Part shown: piece after piece, positions 45,975 through 55,046 of the stretch
Numbering within the stretch: the first letter of the stretch is position 1
Layout: each line of letters opens with the position of its first letter
From: an uncultured Rhodospirillales bacterium
GTDB taxonomy: Bacteria; Pseudomonadota; Alphaproteobacteria; Azospirillales; Azospirillaceae
Assembly: GCA_903920145.1 (NCBI GenBank)
Contig: CAIXKV010000069.1
Location: 5,509-69,508 of the forward strand
Direction: 5' to 3'
Length of the DNA: 64,000 nucleotides
Notes under the pieces: model-generated
What the model saw: the letters and a program-made list of their open reading frames with translations, nothing else
The model's database searches: none
What the model was told of the DNA's origin: nothing
Program-made: the position numbers and the translations under genes

Positions 45975-48139
45975 AGCGGACCTCCGAAGTGTTTGAGAGC
46001 GCCGGACTCGCGCAACAGGGCGAGCCGCTCGCGATCGATGCCGGTTTGCGCGGTCAGATCGCCGTAACGCTCGGCAAGAGCGCCCACCGAGGCCAACAGG
46101 GTTGATTCGGCAATCCGTTGCTGAACTTCGGCTTGAACCAACGCTGTTTTGGCTGAAAACAGCGTCGAGAGGCGCGAGATCGTCTCGTAAGCCGCGACCA
46201 AGCCCTGGTCCTGTTGCTCCAGCGCCAAGTCATAGACCGTCTGGGCATTCTTGACATTTTGTTTGGCGATCCGCACCTGTTCCCGCGCCGAGGCCAGCGC
46301 CCCTCGTGCGGTCTCAAAGCTTTCCCGCGCCTTCAACTCGACCTCGTGCAACAAAATGGCCTGTTGATTGAGGTTATGTTCGGCCTGAGTCAGAGCCGCC
46401 TCGGCGGCGCGGTTGCCGATGGGGAGCTGATAGAGCAAGCCTAAGGTCGCGGTGAACTGATCCTGGGTCAGGAAACCATTGTAAAGGGATTCCCCGATCG
46501 AGCTATAGCCGTAGGTGCAGCATTCCGCAGCGGAAACATTGGCTGTGACCGACAGGTCAGGGCGAGTTTGGGCTTCGCTCTGAGTCCGCCGCAAACTGGC
46601 AATCCGCACCGCCACCGCTTGGCGCTGATAATCGGGGTTTTCCAGGATGCGGTCAGGTTCTGTGATGTCCGTCGTCTGCCGTCTGAGCAAGGACTCGTCA
46701 CCAATCGGCAGCAGCAATGCGTTATTTTTACTGTCCAGTAACTTCTGCATGGACTCGGATATGCTGATATAATTGGCGAACAGTTGCTGCCGGGTCGCCC
46801 GAATGCTGGAAATCTGAGCGTCGGCCTGACCTCGATCACTTTCGGTGACGAAGCCTTGGGTAAACAGCCGCTGAATCCGGTCCCGTTTCTCTTCAGCCGC
46901 CCGAAGTGACTGGTTGGCAATCTCCAGGCTCCTGACCGCCCCAACGAGCTGCCAATACAGCGTATCCACACTCAGAAGCGTGCTGTTGATCACGCTGCGC
47001 ACGCCGAATTCGGCGGCATCGATGTTATGACGGGCAATATCAGCGTTAACATCGCCGGCCGCTGTCGGGCCAAAATTCTTGGTGTAGGGCAATGGCAACG
47101 ACGCCCCCACCGCAATGGTGGTGAAGTACGGCATGTGATAGTTGCCGTAAGTCTGAGGCAGACCGTTGAACTGGTTCAGCGGATAATAACTGGACTGGCG
47201 CTTCGTGGACAGACTAAGATTCAGGCTTGGTCCCCACGGCAATTGCTGAAGAATTTCAGCCGTCCCCGTGTAGGTCTGTTGATTCAGCGGCGCAAAGGGC
47301 GAGGGTGCGTTGGCCTGAATGCCCTCTCCGGCCCCCAATTGATAATATCCTGCCGGTCGATCATGATTGTACTGAATCGCCAGGATCGTCGTGCGTGTGG
47401 GGAATGTGATGACGTAGCAGCCATTGACCCCCGGCGTCTGAGTCAGAGCCGCCGCTGCTGGTGTACAACGGAACACACCATTGGAGTCCACACCGCCCAA
47501 CGGCACAAACTGGGTATCGGGCTTGAATTTCTGAGGGTATTCAGTGCGAGTCGACTGATTGAGCAAGGCCGCGTTTGCAGTCGCGACAAACACCGGATCG
47601 AAGACCGCTTGAGCCTCGATCAACGCCCGCTCGGCGCTGGCTTTGGCGAGGCCGCTGCGTTTGATGTCTAAATTCTTGCGCAAAGCATCCAGTGCCGCCT
47701 CGCGGAGCGCCAACTCGGTGGTGGCGGTCGGCGCGTAAAGCGAGGTGGCGCCAAGGGATGCGCGGGTGATTTCCACCACCTTGTTGCGAACCCGCTCTTG
47801 CGTCAGGCTTGGAACATCAAGCACAAAGAGCTGTGGCGGCAGTTCGTAGCCGAACGGTTGGCCCGGCCCAGCCTGATGGACCGGCAGGGGCGCAGCCTGG
47901 GCTGGAACAGGCACCGCCGCCGGGTCGGCCTGCCCAACGCCGCTCCCCAGCAACAGCATGGTCCCTGCCAACGCACTGGTCAGCCCGACCGTCGAGACAA
48001 GTCGCCGATGGCGGCAGCGATGGCGATCAAAGAGGGAAGCCTTCTCACCATGACGCTGGGTCGTGGGTGTGTTCATCGCCCTTCCCTCACTGGACGCCTG
48101 CACGGAGCCGGCCGTGCGCCGATCACAATCAGCGAACAT
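45971..48139 (-). CDS. oversized TolC-family outer-membrane factor, paralog 2 (722 aa)
   Basis: Signal peptide. Repeats marked by ...AQAVFDPVFVATANA... and ...TRPDLSVTANVSAAECCTYGY... The insert carries a Cys pair (FRCTP...NGCYV). The start at 48139 overlaps the upstream stop; the alternative is M at 48076. Confidence 0.75.
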   Translation of the reverse strand: MFADCDRRTAGSVQASSEGRAMNTPTTQRHGEKASLFDRHRCRHRRLVSTVGLTSALAGTMLLLGSGVGQADPAAVPVPAQAAPLPVHQAGPGQPFGYELPPQLFVLDVPSLTQERVRNKVVEITRASLGATSLYAPTATTELALREAALDALRKNLDIKRSGLAKASAERALIEAQAVFDPVFVATANAALLNQSTRTEYPQKFKPDTQFVPLGGVDSNGVFRCTPAAAALTQTPGVNGCYVITFPTRTTILAIQYNHDRPAGYYQLGAGEGIQANAPSPFAPLNQQTYTGTAEILQQLPWGPSLNLSLSTKRQSSYYPLNQFNGLPQTYGNYHMPYFTTIAVGASLPLPYTKNFGPTAAGDVNADIARHNIDAAEFGVRSVINSTLLSVDTLYWQLVGAVRSLEIANQSLRAAEEKRDRIQRLFTQGFVTESDRGQADAQISSIRATRQQLFANYISISESMQKLLDSKNNALLLPIGDESLLRRQTTDITEPDRILENPDYQRQAVAVRIASLRRTQSEAQTRPDLSVTANVSAAECCTYGYSSIGESLYNGFLTQDQFTATLGLLYQLPIGNRAAEAALTQAEHNLNQQAILLHEVELKARESFETARGALASAREQVRIAKQNVKNAQTVYDLALEQQDQGLVAAYETISRLSTLFSAKTALVQAEVQQRIAESTLLASVGALAERYGDLTAQTGIDRERLALLRESGALKHFGGPL

Positions 48140-50414
48140 AGTCCCGCTCCAGGATCCCTTGGGCCGCCAACAGGTTGACTTGCGCCTTGTGGAGGTTCAC
48201 TTCGGCGGTGATCAGGCCCAAACGGGCCGACACCAAGTCCTGGTACTTATTCAGCACCTCGAACTCTGCCACAAAGCCCAATTCGCGCTGTTCCCGAGCC
48301 CGGTCGTAAGCGCATTGAGCCAGTTTGAGATCATCCCGGCTTTGGCCAACCACCAATTCCGCCGAACGGGCAACCCCCAACGCCTGATCAACCGAATTGA
48401 CCACCGTCTGCCGTGCGAGGCGCGTGCTGTCATAGGCTTGGCGTTCCACAATCCGCGCATGATCCAGCGCGGCCCCGGTGGCGTTCATGCCGATCGGCAG
48501 GTGATATTGCAGCCCGACGAACAGATTAGACGTATCCGGCTTGTACAGATGCGCCAGGGACTCTTGCAGACTGACATAGCCGAAAACAGAGTTATTCTCA
48601 CCCAAGCTATAACTGGCAGACAGGCTAATATCTGGCAAGTCCTGATTCGCACTATAGTCTAAATTCAGCTTACTCGCCGTATAATTCTCTTCAGCGACCT
48701 TGATATCGGGATGCGTCGTCAGGGCGCGGTCATAAACTCCATCCCCATTGATCACCACCGGCTGCCGTAACAAGGCATCTCCATCGGCCGGCAGCAACAG
48801 GGCGCGCTGATCTCCGGTGGTTACGGTTCCCAAATGACTAGAGGTGGCTAGCAATTGGTTCCACGTTGTCTCCTCTTGGGAATCGAGAGAGGCCAACTGA
48901 ATCTCAAGCTGGGTTAGGTCGTAGCGGGTCGCTAAACCGGCGTCGAACAGCCGCTTCTGGCTGGCTTGACGCTCGACCAGCGTCGCTCGCAAGTCAAAAA
49001 GCGCACGAAGCGTCTGGACCGACTGCACCAAGTCCCAATAGCTGTTGAGGGCTTGTGCTAAGGTGCTGTTCCGGGTCGACAGGCTGGACCAAGCCGCATT
49101 GCGCTGCCCGGACCGAGCAATTTGATAATTGTAGAAGTCCGGTGACCCTTCATAGCCCGCATTTTTGGTGAAGGGGAGCGGTAAGGTTAAAGAGAGATTG
49201 GCGGAACTGGTCCAAAACAGCGTATTGCTCCACCCATAAGGGTTGTAAACGCTGTTGTCTGGATAAGCCGGGCTGGTATTAAACGGAGCCCCATTGGCAA
49301 GCGCGACGGGGCGATACCAAGTCGAAGACAGGCTTGCCGATAGGGTACCGTTGAGCGCAAAGGGAGGCGTCGGCGACGGCGCCGCTGGCAGCTCATCACC
49401 AGTCCAACCGGCAATCGGCTGATCATTGACCGCTCCACCGATGATGAAGTTCCAACTGATCCCGAGCGTTCCCACCGCCGTTTGGTTGGAGTCCGACGCA
49501 ATCGAGGCGTATTCCGTCTGTACCGAGTAAGCCGGTGGTAATTGACAGCCGGGATCGGGCGGTAGGATCGTTTGACCATCAACATTGACCGACGGCTGGC
49601 ACTCGGTCGGAACCCCGGAACTGGGAATCCCCCGTGCCGCCGCTTCCGCCGCCGCCACCGACTGCTTGTCCTGATCGCGCATCCGGCCAATTAGGCTATG
49701 ACGGTCGTTGGTGTAACTGTTGGTGTAGGTCAAAGATGTGAAAAAGGTCGGATCGAACGCCGCATCATCCTGGATGACCAGGGCACGAGCAATCTCGATG
49801 CTCTCGGTCGCCGAGCGCACGTCAAGATTCTGACGCAGCACCATATCGGCCAACGCATTTTGCGTGATGTCACGAACGGGCAATTCACGAAGGCGTGCCC
49901 GTGCCCCATCGTTTCCAGCCCGCAACTGGTCGCGTAGAGCCTCGGGCTTGGATATTGGCAACAGTTGGGCTTCAGGCACCACCGGACAGGCTGCCGCAAC
50001 CGCTGCAACCGGGAACAGCCCGGCGGGCGCTCCTTTGACGGGAGCCTTCTGAACCGAAGCGGCCTTGGCGGGAGCCGCTTTAGGCGAAGGCGGCGGCGAG
50101 GCGGCTGCCGATCCGGGCTTGGCCAGCGCCGGTTTAGCTGCTGCGGGCGCCGGCGTGGCTGCCGAAACAGGCGCTGGCGGGGGCGCCGGGTTCGTCACCG
50201 CTGGCGGAACCGGAACGTCCCCGGCAATAGCCGTAGCGTCCATACCGAACGACAACAGAGTGCCTGCGCAAACCGATGCCAAGGCCAGCCGACAGCCTGC
50301 ATCCCGTGGTCGGCCTTCAGCCGGCGAGGGGGCCGCTCGAGAGATAGTCTGATGCGTCATCGCGTGCTTCGTCACCCCTCGTGCCCCCAGCCGCAGATTT
50401 CTAACTGTCTTCAA
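48129..50414 (-). CDS. oversized TolC-family outer-membrane factor, paralog 1 (761 aa) with Ala/Pro-rich N-terminal extension
   Basis: Signal-like segment, then an AP-rich low-complexity stretch. Repeats marked by ...DDAAFDPTFFTSLTY... and ...QDLPDISLSASYSLGENNSVFGY... The insert carries a Cys pair (TECQP...PGCQL). Confidence 0.75.
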   Translation of the reverse strand: MKTVRNLRLGARGVTKHAMTHQTISRAAPSPAEGRPRDAGCRLALASVCAGTLLSFGMDATAIAGDVPVPPAVTNPAPPPAPVSAATPAPAAAKPALAKPGSAAASPPPSPKAAPAKAASVQKAPVKGAPAGLFPVAAVAAACPVVPEAQLLPISKPEALRDQLRAGNDGARARLRELPVRDITQNALADMVLRQNLDVRSATESIEIARALVIQDDAAFDPTFFTSLTYTNSYTNDRHSLIGRMRDQDKQSVAAAEAAARGIPSSGVPTECQPSVNVDGQTILPPDPGCQLPPAYSVQTEYASIASDSNQTAVGTLGISWNFIIGGAVNDQPIAGWTGDELPAAPSPTPPFALNGTLSASLSSTWYRPVALANGAPFNTSPAYPDNSVYNPYGWSNTLFWTSSANLSLTLPLPFTKNAGYEGSPDFYNYQIARSGQRNAAWSSLSTRNSTLAQALNSYWDLVQSVQTLRALFDLRATLVERQASQKRLFDAGLATRYDLTQLEIQLASLDSQEETTWNQLLATSSHLGTVTTGDQRALLLPADGDALLRQPVVINGDGVYDRALTTHPDIKVAEENYTASKLNLDYSANQDLPDISLSASYSLGENNSVFGYVSLQESLAHLYKPDTSNLFVGLQYHLPIGMNATGAALDHARIVERQAYDSTRLARQTVVNSVDQALGVARSAELVVGQSRDDLKLAQCAYDRAREQRELGFVAEFEVLNKYQDLVSARLGLITAEVNLHKAQVNLLAAQGILERDYVR

Positions 50415-50471
50415 TTCGTGCCAGCCCGATATGGAAACAACAACCTTTTCCAGCGGCGGATGAAACGGGCC

Positions 50472-50491
50472 CGCCCGAAAACGGGCGTTTT
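50472..50491 (+). terminator. small terminator-like hairpin in the divergent intergenic region
   Basis: CGCCCG-AAAA-CGGGCG followed by TTTT. No plus-strand gene lies upstream, so it may be a leader attenuator or an sRNA end. Confidence 0.3.
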
Positions 50492-50661
50492 CCTATTCTA
50501 TTGTGTCTGTTTTGCAACGTGATCGGTAACGGTTGCCCGTGCTCGCGTCCTCCGGCATAGTGACGAACGATGAGAAGAGGGCGACGCCTGACCGAGAAAT
50601 GGGGCCCGAACCTTGCCTCAATGAGTTCTCGATGTGGCGACTGGCCATACCAAATTAGACC

Positions 50662-52050
50662 ATGGCACGAATCGGTAGGACGACCATGACCAATTTCAAC
50701 GAAGACCGTACTGTTGCCTTCAATGATCATGGCGCGGACAGGGACCATGGCGGCCCCAAGGCCGGCTTGGTCGAGGCTCCTCGGGCGCGCTTGGTCTGCA
50801 CGGACCCATCCCAGGTTGAAAGCGCCTTGCCCGGAGGCGGCATCATCAATCTGGTTCCAGGAACCGAACAAACCGTTGGTCGAGGCGAAACCTGCACCTA
50901 TCCGATTGGTTCGCGCAAGTTATCGCGGCAGCATGCTCGCATCTTTGTCGGTATGGGTGCCTGGGGGGTTGAAGACCTTAACAGCACAAATGGCGTGCGT
51001 GTGAATGATGAAAAGGTTCAAACTGCTTGGCTAAAGCAAGGTGATGAAGTTCGCTTTGGCCCAATCCCGTTTCGTTTTGAGATCGAGCGCCCTGATGGCC
51101 TTCGCCCAATTCCTTTGCCTTCGGCACCCGAGGGTAGTGAGGGTGAGCACACTATGATCTTCGGTGGTGACAGCGGCGTTCAAGCCGCCGCTGCCATGAT
51201 CAAAGCCGTGCGTGAGTCAGAACAGATCGAAGATGAGCAACCACTGGTTATCGTGCCGACCGCTCCCCCGAAAAAAACTGCGGCTGTTGCAACTCCAAAT
51301 AAAAAGAACGGCACTTGGATTCTGGCGACGGCCATCGCAACAGCGGTTGTCATGGTGATCGGTGGCGTGATCTATCTCTACCCCTCCGTCATGCGCAGCC
51401 AGAAGATCGCCGCCATCACCACACCCGACACAGCAATTATTACGCGAGTCATTGATCGTGCCCGCGAAACGACCGGCACCCCCACCGATACCAGCCGGCT
51501 GGATGACATCAACCTGTTGCAGCCTGTGATTCGGGATACTGGAAATGCCGTCGATGGCGAGTATGCTGATAGCCGAGAACTCGCTAATCTTTATGCTCGT
51601 AGCCGTTTCTTGGTGTTTGAACGGGAATTCCTTCCTCTATTCACACATCCAGATGCCACGGGCGAGGCTTTAAAAGAGGCCGGCCGCAAGGCTTATGAGT
51701 TGCGCAGCCGCCTCGATAAAATCAGCCACACGCTGGCACCACTACCGATCGGCATCGATCAGGATCCATTGAAGGCCGCCGCTGATCTTGCCGATCTTGC
51801 CCGCATTCTGGTGGACTACCGCAGCTTCTCTCGTCAGTTCCCCTTGGTGGGTAAAACCGCCACTCAACCAACTTTGCCACAAATCAAGGCGGTCGAGGCC
51901 CGGAAAGACGAGTTGATCAAGTATCGTCACTTGTACAATGAAGTTTTGGGCAGCGATTATCGCCTATTTAACGCTCAAGTCCAAGATGTCGAAAACAATG
52001 ACATGGGCTTGTTGGGCCGTTGGCATGACTTCTTGGTTTCTGGACAGTAA
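50662..52050 (+). CDS. FHA-domain protein with a single TM helix and a helical extracytoplasmic C-terminal domain
   Basis: FHA motifs VGRGE...SRQHARI...NSTNGVRVND, TM WILATAIATAVVMVIGGVIYLY, and ~215 aa after it with no recognised family. Confidence 0.8.
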   Translation: MARIGRTTMTNFNEDRTVAFNDHGADRDHGGPKAGLVEAPRARLVCTDPSQVESALPGGGIINLVPGTEQTVGRGETCTYPIGSRKLSRQHARIFVGMGAWGVEDLNSTNGVRVNDEKVQTAWLKQGDEVRFGPIPFRFEIERPDGLRPIPLPSAPEGSEGEHTMIFGGDSGVQAAAAMIKAVRESEQIEDEQPLVIVPTAPPKKTAAVATPNKKNGTWILATAIATAVVMVIGGVIYLYPSVMRSQKIAAITTPDTAIITRVIDRARETTGTPTDTSRLDDINLLQPVIRDTGNAVDGEYADSRELANLYARSRFLVFEREFLPLFTHPDATGEALKEAGRKAYELRSRLDKISHTLAPLPIGIDQDPLKAAADLADLARILVDYRSFSRQFPLVGKTATQPTLPQIKAVEARKDELIKYRHLYNEVLGSDYRLFNAQVQDVENNDMGLLGRWHDFLVSGQ

Positions 52051-52061
52051 GCCGGTCAACC

Positions 52062-52988
52062 TTGATGAGAACGCCGAACGCCTTGGTGGGGACTCTGCCC
52101 TTGCCCCATCAAGGTCGGCGGGTTTTGTGGTCCCGGCGGCGTACAAGGACCGCGTTCCTATGGCTCCCGCTGTTGTTGGTCTTGTGGATCACCGCCTGCA
52201 CCCATGATCTCGCGGCCCGGCGGGAAACGGCGGCGGCTTTGGCGGCCCACGCCGGAATGCAGCCGGTCACGTTCGACGGTGGGCGTTTTGTGTTGGCGGG
52301 AGAGATCAGGATGATCGGTCCTCGCCAGCCGATCCTCAGGGTCTACATCGAAGGGGATGGGTTCGGCTATGTCTCGCCCACTCAATTGTCGTCTAACCCG
52401 ACACCTTACAATCCGGTCGGCCTGGAGTTAGCCGCCGCTGATCCGTCCCCGGCAGTGCTGTATCTGGGTCGCCCCTGTCAATATGTCACGCCGCCCGAAG
52501 CCCGGAGCTGCGAGCCGCGTTATTGGTCCACGCATCGTTTTGCGCCCGAAGTGATCGACGCAACCAACCAAGCCATTGCCCAGGCTCTGGCCTGGACCGG
52601 CACCGACCGAGTGGTGCTGATCGGCTATTCCGGCGGCGGTGCCGTCGCAGCCCTGGTCGCGGCGCGGCGATCTGACGTTGTTGCTTGGGTCACGGTGGCG
52701 GCTCCGCTGGATCATGACGCCTGGACCCGCCGGCACGCAGTCGCTCCGCTTAATGGCTCCCTTAACCCCATCGACGATGCCCAACGTCTGGCCGGGTTGC
52801 CGCAGATGCACTTCGTCGGCGCCAAAGACGAGGTGGTTCCACCCGAAATTCCGCGTCGCTTTCTGGAGCGTGAGGGAGCGGAGGCCGAAAACCGGCTGGT
52901 TGTGGTCCCCGGCTTCGATCACGTTTGCTGCTGGGTCGCCCGTTGGCCGGAACTGCGGACCTTGATTCCTGCACTTGGCCCGCCCTGA
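52062..52988 (+). CDS. alpha/beta-hydrolase-fold lipoprotein
   Basis: Lipobox LWITAC, nucleophile elbow GYSGGG, and later GAKDEVV and FDHVCCW (candidate Asp/His). Follows the FHA gene by 11 nt. Confidence 0.6.
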   Translation: MMRTPNALVGTLPLPHQGRRVLWSRRRTRTAFLWLPLLLVLWITACTHDLAARRETAAALAAHAGMQPVTFDGGRFVLAGEIRMIGPRQPILRVYIEGDGFGYVSPTQLSSNPTPYNPVGLELAAADPSPAVLYLGRPCQYVTPPEARSCEPRYWSTHRFAPEVIDATNQAIAQALAWTGTDRVVLIGYSGGGAVAALVAARRSDVVAWVTVAAPLDHDAWTRRHAVAPLNGSLNPIDDAQRLAGLPQMHFVGAKDEVVPPEIPRRFLEREGAEAENRLVVVPGFDHVCCWVARWPELRTLIPALGPP

Positions 52989-53692
52989 GTCCCGGACGGT
53001 GATCCAGACGCAGAGGCTGGCGCTGACGGTATTGACGATGTTGGGGGTGTTGGGGTTGCTCCGCCGTTGGCGTCTTTTACGTTGGACCCCATCGGTTTTT
53101 GGGATGGCGCCGCGTTTTTAACTGATTGCACTCCGGCCTCCGGTCGCGCCGATGTGCGATGATCGCTCAACATGGTCCGTTGCAAGCCAACGCCGCCCAT
53201 TTGTAACCGTTGCCAGGGCACAAAGCGGTCTTCGGGTAGCTCTGCCTGCTGCCGGAAGGCGGCCATCGGCTGATAGGTTCCCGAATAATTGCTCCACCAA
53301 TCGAGTCGTCCGCCATCGAAGCGAACGGTTCCGGCATACAGAACCGGATGGCCATTGGCCAAACTGGCATGACCGCTCCGGGCCGAAAGGAAGGTTCGCT
53401 TGTCGCTTGGTCGATCCCCTACCGTGCGCACAAAATTGTAAAGCCCATCGGGCTTGACCTGTAATCCTCGGGCGGCGGTTTTCACGAGAAAGGTCTCTCC
53501 CTGAACCCGCACCAGTTCATCTCCGGGGGGCGCCCGGTCCGCCCGCCCGACCCGCAAGGGCGCAAAGGTCGCATGGCATTGAACCGCCCCAACTCTCGCT
53601 CCACCACCAACGCTCTGCCCTCCTCCGGGCGGACGGCCAGACCAGGACACCGGCGGCGGTGCAAAATACCGAGAGGGCGGCATCAGGCGCAT
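52919..53692 (-). CDS. hypothetical protein downstream of DUF4280 gene (candidate T6SS cargo/effector), low-complexity C-terminal tail
   Basis: The ORF starts 12 nt after the DUF4280 stop. Core segment SARSGHASLANGHPVLYAGTVRFDGGRLDWWSNYSGTYQP; no family recognised. The last ~23 codons overlap the convergent hydrolase gene. Confidence 0.4.
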   Translation of the reverse strand: MRLMPPSRYFAPPPVSWSGRPPGGGQSVGGGARVGAVQCHATFAPLRVGRADRAPPGDELVRVQGETFLVKTAARGLQVKPDGLYNFVRTVGDRPSDKRTFLSARSGHASLANGHPVLYAGTVRFDGGRLDWWSNYSGTYQPMAAFRQQAELPEDRFVPWQRLQMGGVGLQRTMLSDHRTSARPEAGVQSVKNAAPSQKPMGSNVKDANGGATPTPPTSSIPSAPASASGSPSGTQGGPSAGIKVRSSGQRATQQQT

Positions 53693-53704
53693 CCTTTCAA
53701 CACT

Positions 53705-54091
53705 TCAATCCATGGTCTGAAACTGACCTGGAAGTGTAATACTGATAATCCCGGCCCAACTGCACATACATTTCGAGCCGTTGTTTAAAGCGGGCATATT
53801 CCCGATCAACACTGTCGGCGCTCCCGGAACCCAAGGGGCCGCCGTAACAGGTATACAGGGCATAGGTGTTAGAACCCCCAACGCCGCCGCCGTCGCCGCA
53901 ATAACCGTGGGGTTGGCCGGGCTGGAACACATGCCAAAGGGCATGATGTTAACCATCGGCTTATTGTCCATGATGTTGGCGGCGGCTGGACCGCCGGCCA
54001 TGACCAGATTCAGCGGCAACACATTGAGCGTGCTTGGGGCCATGCCAAAACTGCACTGAAGCATGGCCCCGGAAACAACCTGAATCCCCAT
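53705..54091 (-). CDS. DUF4280 (PAAR-like) domain protein
   Basis: MGIQVVSGAMLQCSFGMAPSTLNVLP...NIMPFGMCSS..NP...PCIPVTAAPWVPGAPTVLIGNMPALNNGSKCMCSWAGIISITLPGQ matches the conserved Cys/Gly pattern I recall for DUF4280. The internal start at 54091 is preferred. Confidence 0.7.
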   Translation of the reverse strand: MGIQVVSGAMLQCSFGMAPSTLNVLPLNLVMAGGPAAANIMDNKPMVNIMPFGMCSSPANPTVIAATAAALGVLTPMPCIPVTAAPWVPGAPTVLIGNMPALNNGSKCMCSWAGIISITLPGQFQTMD

Positions 54092-54101
54092 GGTCCCCCA
54101 C

Positions 54102-54974
54102 CTAAGCGCGACAGGTCCGGGCCGCAGCGGCATAATCGATCAGCACCGCGATTCGCTTGAGAGCGCCGGCCAAATGAACATGATCGAGGGCGTATTGCTG
54201 GCCTTGCCGACCGATGCGCTCGGCTAGATGTGGGTGCCGGGCGAGATGAGCAATCACTTCAAACAACCCCTGACCATCGGGAGCAATCGGCACATAATGA
54301 ACCCACGGCATCAGCCCTTCGGCCCAATACTCGTTGTATTCACCATCCACCACCAGAACCGGACGACCGGAATGGAGAAGAAACTTCCGCCGCCCGCTAT
54401 ATCCGGCACCACGGATGTCCAAGAGCATGGCATAGGCGCAGTGATCGGGCAAGGAGACATAATCGGAAGCGGCCAAACGGCCCTCTTCGCTGATTGCGTC
54501 TCGCCAGCGCATGGACCGGAAATCGGCGAGATCCGGGTGAGCCTGAGCGTTGGTATAAATCACTTCACGCAACGGATGCGTTGCCGTGTTGCCGATCCAA
54601 AAGCACCGGGGCTCGGAAGGGGCGGTGGCCGAGGCCATCAGGATGGTGTGAACACTGTCCTGATAATTCCGAATCCCGGCTTCAACCCAGGCATGGAACG
54701 AAAAACACGGAAAACTATGGACACCAGGAACCCGCTTGGATCGGGCGAAGGCAAAGACCGGAAAGCCTAAATTGGGCAAGACATCGGCAATCCGAAAGAT
54801 GTCGTCGCCGGTAAAGACGCCGAACGCCCAATCGCCTTCTGGCATTATCCGTCGATGAACCGCAAAGGCCGTCTGGGTCAATTGGATGACGCTGGCATTT
54901 CGGCTTTGAAAACCGCCATGGTCTTCGACATCAAGACGGTCAGCAGCTCGACGAAAGACCACAAGACTTCTCAT
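54102..54974 (-). CDS. GT90/CAP10-like glycosyltransferase (LPS- or protein-modifying)
   Basis: YAMLLDIRGAGYSGRRKFLLHSGRPVLVVDGEYNEYWAEGLMPWVHYVPI resembles the CAP10/KDELC-type motif (...W.E.....L.PWVHY.P.). Confidence 0.55.
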   Translation of the reverse strand: MRSLVVFRRAADRLDVEDHGGFQSRNASVIQLTQTAFAVHRRIMPEGDWAFGVFTGDDIFRIADVLPNLGFPVFAFARSKRVPGVHSFPCFSFHAWVEAGIRNYQDSVHTILMASATAPSEPRCFWIGNTATHPLREVIYTNAQAHPDLADFRSMRWRDAISEEGRLAASDYVSLPDHCAYAMLLDIRGAGYSGRRKFLLHSGRPVLVVDGEYNEYWAEGLMPWVHYVPIAPDGQGLFEVIAHLARHPHLAERIGRQGQQYALDHVHLAGALKRIAVLIDYAAAARTCRA

Positions 54975-55046
54975 GGGACGATTCCGGCCAACAGAGTGAA
55001 TTCAGGGATGACCCCCGGTTTGAGATCCAGCGCAGAGCCCTGCAAA

